A DNA stretch of 64,000 nt from Heterodontus francisci. Taxonomy: Eukaryota. This document shows positions 60,001-64,000 of the stretch, piece after piece. A program made the position numbers and the translations under genes. Every line of letters begins with the position of its first letter. The stretch's first letter is position 1. The stretch covers positions 15,169,168 to 15,233,167 of the forward strand of contig NC_090374.1 of assembly GCF_036365525.1 (NCBI RefSeq). The letters run 5' to 3'. The notes beneath the pieces are model-generated. The model worked only from the letters and a program-made list of their open reading frames with translations, did no database searches and was not told where the DNA came from.

Positions 60001-60837
60001 CTACTGCATATCCAAGTGTGATGGTTTCTGCCTTTACCACCCTTTCCGGCAGTGAATTCCAGACTTCCACCAGCTTCTGGATGAAAACAATTTACTCCTC
60101 AACTCACCTCTAATCCTTCCACCAATTTAAATCTGCATCCTTTGGTTGTTGACCTCTCTGCTAAGGGAAATAGGTCCTTCCTATTCACTCTATCGAGGCT
60201 CCTTTTAAGGTTATACACCTCAATTAAATTTTCCCTCAGCCTCCTCTGTTCCAAAGAAAACAACCCCAGCCTTTCTTCATAGCTAAAATTCCCCAGTCCT
60301 GACAACATCCTCGAAAACTTTTTCTGCACCCTCTCTAGTGCAATCACACCCTTCAAGTAATGCAGCGACCAGAACTGTCCGCAGTGCTCCAGCTTCAGTC
60401 TAACTAGTGTTTTACACTGTTCTAGCATAAACCCCCTTCTTTCATACTCTATGCCTCAGTTAACGAAGCAAATGATCCCATAAGCCTTCTTAGCCACTTT
60501 ATGTACCTGTCCTGCCATCATTGTAATCTCTCATGTTTCAAATTACTATTATTTATAAAGAAAGTTAAACCAAGCACACACACGAGCACAAAAACACACA
60601 CACGTTTAAGTATAAAGTACTTTTTTCCACTGGTAGGACAATTCTTGCCTCTATATCAGTACAATATTCAGTATAATACAAAGGAACCACGTCTTCTCAG
60701 TCTGCAGTGAGACCCAGTTCTTTCCTACACAGTAAAAGATTGTAACAGACAGAAAACAGACTCCAGTTTCTCACTGGAGAATACGCACGTTCTGCTGAGC
60801 CGGCCAGTGTGAGTGCACAAAACAAGATGCACAACAT
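21015..60837 (-). CDS. Siglec-15-like Ig-superfamily type I membrane receptor gene (leader, micro-exon, V1, V2 interrupted by CR1, C2+TM, four cytoplasmic exons)
   Basis: Collinear minus-strand exons with AG/GT boundaries; all internal exons are phase 1-1 and multiples of 3 nt. V1 and C2 motifs resemble mammalian Siglec-15 (CTFTHPH, GNP, YFCRV, EGEPP) as recalled. Orthology is not established, so no symbol is given. Confidence 0.8.
21438..23672 (+). mobile_element. Young 5'-truncated CR1 with uninterrupted 718-aa ORF2
   Basis: ORF 21440-23596 with KFADD; 7-bp TSD tgagttc at 21431-21437 and 23673-23679. Confidence 0.96.
23837..23908 (-). CDS. Cytoplasmic exon 3 DPQESEHVSLHGNVNILRPHQAET
   Basis: Acceptor tgtgtcctttacag, donor ACAG|gtaagg, 72 nt, paralogous to exons 1 and 2. 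Confidence 0.78.
24381..24416 (-). ncRNA. Minimal type I hammerhead ribozyme
   Basis: UUGUU CUGAUGA GUGCAAGAC GAAA AGCU UC GACAA. Confidence 0.75.
25446..25481 (+). ncRNA. Minimal type I hammerhead ribozyme
   Basis: UUGUC CUGAUGA GUGCAAGAU GAAA AGCU UC GACAA, with perfect stem I and palindromic stem III. Confidence 0.78.
26615..27035 (+). mobile_element. tRNA-derived SINE whose 3' end matches the LINE at 5090-5150
   Basis: A and B boxes; tail gggcaattagggatgggcaataaatgctggcc is shared with that LINE. Confidence 0.75.
29113..30019. mobile_element. Solo LTR (~907 bp) inside the Harbinger transposase
   Basis: TGTTATG...CATGACA ends, TSD ccct/ctct; removing it restores A-D-E-G-Y. Confidence 0.82.
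30941..31717 (-). mobile_element. CR1 3' fragment with a 4x21-bp tandem at its 5' end
   Basis: YSLEFRRMRGDLIE; tgaacaaggacacccaggtcc repeated at 31634-31717. Confidence 0.88.
32482..32553 (-). CDS. Cytoplasmic exon 2 DPPGAESNPVYSVVNFTKLQQAET (YxxV tyrosine motif)
   Basis: Acceptor ttttgtctttgatag, donor ACAG|gtaaat, 72 nt. Confidence 0.8.
32728..33150 (+). mobile_element. Deu-domain-type SINE (SacSINE1/AmnSINE-like)
   Basis: tRNA-like head gtggctcagtgg, core gagggagtgc..gtcagaggtgccgtc.ttcagatgagac, L2-like tail ctatataaatgcaag. Confidence 0.65.
33393..34275 (-). mobile_element. CR1 3' fragment
   Basis: FNAEKCEVIHF, RDLGV, YCVQFW. Confidence 0.88.
34480..35190 (+). mobile_element. Penelope-like element 3' end (second family)
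   Basis: LLQCSSEHQRKLEEQHLIFRLGTLQPAGLNIEFNNF followed by a pLTR-type tail. Confidence 0.75.
35465..35767 (+). mobile_element. CR1 3' fragment nearly identical to 53800-54100
   Basis: Direct sequence comparison. Confidence 0.92.
36190..37205 (+). mobile_element. Penelope-like GIY-YIG 3' end interrupted by a CR1 fragment (36573-36930)
   Basis: GET.RRLG.RF.E...PVACHFNS..LNIEFNNF. Confidence 0.75.
37269..37331 (-). CDS. Cytoplasmic exon 1 DQQEAGSNSVAHDTVSQQAET
   Basis: Acceptor tctgtgtctttgacag, donor ACAG|gtaatg, 63 nt. Confidence 0.75.
39204..39912 (+). mobile_element. Penelope-like element 3' part (same family as 24370-25502)
   Basis: NVIYEFQCQSDTRYIGRTSQRL. Confidence 0.88.
39853..39888 (+). 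ncRNA. Minimal hammerhead ribozyme, stem III palindrome mutated
   Basis: UUGUC CUGAUGA GUGCAAGAU GAAA AGAU UC GACAA. Confidence 0.65.
40850..41224 (-). CDS. Ig C2-set domain plus transmembrane exon
   Basis: Acceptor ttcttgcccaag, donor G|gtaagc, 375 nt. CRVEGEPPANITW..GTYSCVAVNEHG followed by uncharged TM IVLYIWPAILIIFFLLICFTIWWL and KR. Confidence 0.9.
41268..41945 (+). mobile_element. 3' fragment of the LINE family at 5090-8790
   Basis: GVTIDQKLNWTSHIN, LDTIQDKAARLIG. Confidence 0.88.
41955..42690 (-). mobile_element. CR1 3' fragment
   Basis: LVRPHLEYSEQFW. Confidence 0.85.
43186..43498 (-). CDS. Ig V-set exon 2, 3' part SCTFN..W..DYFCHVH..KLQVV
   Basis: Joins the 5' part to give a 369-nt open exon (SATL-SCTF); donor G|gtaagg. 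Confidence 0.9.
43503..45982 (-). mobile_element. Young CR1 with 794 open codons of ORF2 (partial EN plus complete RT) inside Ig V2 exon
   Basis: GDFN, SDH, GVPQGSVLGP, KFADD; (TATGTTC)n tail; TSD caat at 43499-43502 and 45983-45986. Confidence 0.97.
45983..46038 (-). CDS. Ig V-set exon 2, 5' part (A)NKNNMWPVIGKKGDSATL
   Basis: Acceptor cttctctatcctcag; V-set A'/B strand pattern G..GDSATL; ends at the CR1 insertion junction (ATTG duplication). Confidence 0.85.
47704..48096 (-). CDS. Ig V-set exon 1, Siglec-15-like, F-strand Arg retained (YICRV)
   Basis: Acceptor tgtgtcctcacag, donor G|gtaagg, 393 nt. Translation includes WTMETPDRV..VLFCKFTHPH..W..GNPRENNASMII..YICRVN. Confidence 0.9.
48200..50912 (-). 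mobile_element. RTE-clade LINE, RT region, interrupted by a CR1
   Basis: FIDLTKAFD, FADDAAL, C-terminal C2H2 motif. Confidence 0.92.
49199..50122 (-). mobile_element. CR1 3' fragment, same subfamily as 21438-23672
   Basis: Near-identical protein from ADDTKIGG onward; (TTCTTTG)n tail. Confidence 0.94.
51737..51769 (-). CDS. Candidate 33-nt linker micro-exon (R)KVQWRGNNEI
   Basis: Acceptor tttatttcttttgggctgcag, donor G|gtgtct (weak), phase 1-1, open frame between leader and V1. Confidence 0.45.
   Translation of the reverse strand, partial: GKCSGVEIMR
52088..54112 (+). mobile_element. Young 5'-truncated CR1 with open ORF2, inserted in a SINE (52020-54350)
   Basis: ORF open to 54033; TSD aact at 52084-52087 and 54113-54116; (TTCTAA)n tail. 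Confidence 0.95.
56112..56452 (-). mobile_element. HE1-like SINE
   Basis: Reverse complement of the SINE at 11488. Confidence 0.88.
57090..57693 (-). mobile_element. RTE-clade 3' fragment
   Basis: Near-identical to the 11751 and 48200 copies. Confidence 0.92.
59190..59912. mobile_element. GC-rich MITE inserted in a CR1 3' tail (CR1 spans ~59150-60520, minus)
   Basis: Ends ggtcagagttttcc and ggaaatttctgcc; CR1 tail sequence resumes after it. Confidence 0.55.
60789..60837 (-). CDS. Candidate signal-peptide exon MLCILFCALTLAGSAE
   Basis: ATG in AAAATG context, hydrophobic 16-aa leader, phase-1 donor C|gtgcgt. Confidence 0.65.
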
Positions 60838-60901
60838 TTTCTTCACTCCTTCAGCGCACAGATCTCTCTGATGTCCCACCACTGACTCCCTGGAACTGAG
60901 A

Positions 60902-61012
60902 CAGTTCCTCGCTATTTCTTGTTGCTTCCTTCTTAAACCTCAGGTTACCAAATAAGAAAAAAAAAACTTGTGATATTTGATAAGGATTGCAGACAGCTTC
61001 AGATGAGGAAGT
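60902..61012. promoter_or_regulatory. Cluster of ETS/PU.1-like (GAGGAA) and GATA motifs upstream of the leader exon
   Basis: GAGGAACTG (minus, 60902-60910), AGGAAGCA (minus, ~60923-60930), TGATAA (~60978), GAGGAAGT (61005-61012). These are short motifs and could be chance. Confidence 0.3.
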
Positions 61013-62004
61013 AAAAGCAAGATACTGACCTGAAATGTTAATTCTGCTTCTCTCTCCACAGATGCTGCCAGACTGGCAATTCACCCACCAAGCTTAACTG
61101 AGTAACTCCAAACAAGGGGTTAGCTCTGGAGATAGGCCCGTGATCTGTCAGAGCAGGTATTGCCCCTCCCCACCGTCAGTCACTGTCTGCATCGTGGGTG
61201 CCACCGGTAAATAAGGGCAAATCGGATTTTTGGGTTAGAACGTGAATGGGATTGAGACCAAATCGCAGGACGTAATACTAAACTGTAAAGACTATCAATT
61301 ATCTATATTTCGGCTGGTTTATTATCTGATTAGCAGCTCTGACACAGGCTCTCTACCCAAAACATCAACCTCTTCCCTTCTCAACTGCTGGCAGAGCTGC
61401 TGTGTATTTCCCCACTTTGATTTGTTGCTTCAGGGAGAGATACACAATGTAATGTATTTGTGTATTCTGCAGGGACTGTCTATAAACCAGCTTTACTGAG
61501 CCACTACCTGAAGTTTTACACCAAACTGAACCGGGAACATGGCGTTGTGGAAGATGTCTGGGTTAAGGTTCTCCAACACTCCAGCTGAGTGGTACAGAAA
61601 CACAAACAACAAGGACAGAGGTGACAGAGTGACTTGTGTCCCACTGACTTTAGTCTGTTTCCAGAGTTTAATGTCTGGAATGTGTCCCCCTCACTGAGCA
61701 AGTAGAATCTGTGCTGTAACAATTCTGAATGCTGAATCTGACATAGAGTTTTCAATCCATCGACATCACACTGTTCTGACCGAGGCAGGAGCAGTGCACT
61801 CTTTATTCTAGTTCCACTTCTCCACAGGACACAACATATATTTAAATTTTCCCACTTACCAATACTGTCAATCATATCTCTATTTTTCCCAAAATAAAAC
61901 ACACCAATCAGGTTTCTGTAATAAACAACAAAATTATCAGTTTTTTCAAAACAAGTCTTAAGCGGTAACAAAGCAAAGCATACATGCACAGATTGAAATA
62001 TTAA

Positions 62005-63945
62005 GAATATAAGAACACAAGAAATAGGAGCAGGAGTAGGCCATTCAGCCCCCCAAGCCTGCCCCACCATTCAATAAGATTATGGCTGATCTGTCCCAGG
62101 CCTCAACTCCTCTTTCAGGCCTGCCTCGACTCACCGACATTTCAAAAATCTATCTACCTCCTCCTTAAATACATTTAGTGACCTAGTCTCCACAACTCTG
62201 AGGCAGAGAATTCCAGAGATTCAGCACCCTCTGAGAGAAGAAATTCCTTCGCATCTCAGTTTTAAATATGTGACTCCTTATTCTGTAACTATGTCTCCTA
62301 GTTCGAGATTCCCCCACCAGTGGAAACATCTTCTCAACATCTAACCTGTCAAGCCCCCTTAGAATCTTATTTGTTTCAATGACATCACCTATCATTCTTC
62401 TAAACTCCAATGAATAAAGGCCTAACCTGCTTAGCCGTTCTTGATAAGACAACCCCTTCATCCCAGGAATCAGCCTAGTGAACCTTTTCTGAACTGCCTC
62501 CAATGCTAGTATATCCTTCCTTAAATACTGGGACCAAAACTGTACGCAGTACTCCAGGTGTGGCCTCACCAACACTCTGTACAGTTGTAACAAGACTTCC
62601 CTATTTCTAAACTCTAACCCCCCTAGCAATAAAGGTCAAAATTCCATTTGCCTTCCTAATTACTTGCTGCACCTGCATGCTAACCTTTTGTGTTTCATGT
62701 ACAAGAACACCCAGATCCCTCTGTACTGCAGTATTTTGTAGTCTTTCTCCATCTAAATAATAATCTGCCTTTTTATTCTTCCTACCAAAGTGGATGACCT
62801 CACACTTTCCCACACTGAACACCATCTGCCAAGTTTTTGCCCACTCACTTAACCTATCTATATCCCTTTGCAGATTCTTTGTGTCCTCAATCACAACATG
62901 CCTTCCCACCTATTTTTGTATCGTCAGCAAATTTGGATACTCTTCACTCTGTCCCTTCCTCGAAGTCATTAATATAGATAGTAAATAGTTGAGGCCCTAG
63001 GACCGATCCTTGTTACGGCTTTCCAACCTGAAAAAGACCCATTGATCCCGACTCTCTGCCTTCTGTGTGTTAGCTAATCCTCAATCCATGCCAACACATT
63101 ACCCCCAATACCCTGAGCTCCTGTTTTGTGTAATAACCTTTTATGTGGCACCTTATCGAACGCCTTCTGAAAATCCAAATACACTACATCTACCGGTTCA
63201 CCTTTATCCACTCTGCTTGTTATATCCTCAAGGAACTCTAACAAATTTGTCAAACATGATTTCCCTTCCATAAAACCACGTTGATTCTGTTTGATTGCAT
63301 TATGTTTTTCTAAATGTCCTGATATTTCTTCCTTAATAATGGACTCTAGCATTTTCCCAATGACAGATGTTGAGCTAACTGGTCTATAGTTTCCGGCTTT
63401 CTGTCTCCCTCCTTTCTTGAATAGGGACGTCACATTAGCAGTTTTCCAATCCGCTGGTACCCTACCAGTCAGTTTTGGTATATTATGACCAATGCCTCTG
63501 CTTTCTCTGCAGCAATTTCTTTTAAAACCCTTGGACGCAGGCCATCAGGTCCTGGCAACTTGTCTGTCTTTAGTCCCATCAGTTTGTCCAGCCCCCTTCC
63601 CTTGTGATAGAGATTGTTATAAGTTCCTCCCTCCCATTTACACCTTGTTCATCTATTACTGTTGGGATGTTTATAGTGTCCTCCACCGTGAAGACTGATG
63701 CAAAATATTGGTTTAAATTACCTGCCATTTCCCTGTTCCCTGTTATTAATTCCCCAGTCACATCTTCTAAGGGTCCCACACTTATCTGAGCTACTCTCTT
63801 CCTTTTTATATATTCGTAGAAGCTCTTACTGTTTGTTTTTATATTTCTTGCCAATTTACTCTCATAAACAATTTTCTCCCTCTTTATTAGTTTTTTAATC
63901 ATCTGCTGGTTTCTAAAAAATTCCCAATCCTCTTTTTTACCTTAG
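62005..63945 (-). mobile_element. Decayed CR1 ORF2
   Basis: NYRPVS, LDFQKAFDKVPH, RPHLEYCVQFW. Confidence 0.92.
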
Positions 63946-64000
63946 CCCCTCACACTCACACGCACATATACCAGTTAACTGGAAAAATAAAGGAATTTGT

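Noticed and set aside
61516-62070. 184-aa ORF upstream of the leader
   Set aside because: It begins in a CR1 tail, has no motifs and is likely chance.

Overview
Repeat-dense vertebrate genomic DNA, most likely a cartilaginous fish (shark), judging from HE1-like and Deu-type SINEs and the CR1 families present. It is not prokaryotic: there are no operons or CRISPR arrays. Most of the window is nested mobile DNA: several CR1 LINE subfamilies (three with long open ORF2 frames), three RTE-clade copies, L2 remnants, Penelope-like elements carrying minimal hammerhead ribozymes, two solo LTRs, a decayed Harbinger, MITEs and a hAT-like element with an expanded 38/43-bp minisatellite. Threaded through this on the minus strand is a ~40-kb Siglec-15-like Ig-superfamily receptor gene, reconstructed by eye from splice sites: leader (60789-60837), 33-nt micro-exon, V1, V2, C2+TM, and four paralogous 63-72-nt cytoplasmic exons. 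A young CR1 sits inside the V2 exon, and its 794-codon reverse-transcriptase frame is fused in frame to the Ig exon. All internal exons are phase 1-1, so skipping V2 would restore the V-C2-TM layout of Siglec-15. The window also holds an EAF1 retrocopy split by a CR1 just before its stop codon, and probably the ITIM-bearing 3' end of a convergent plus-strand gene. All calls are by manual inspection; no searches were run.
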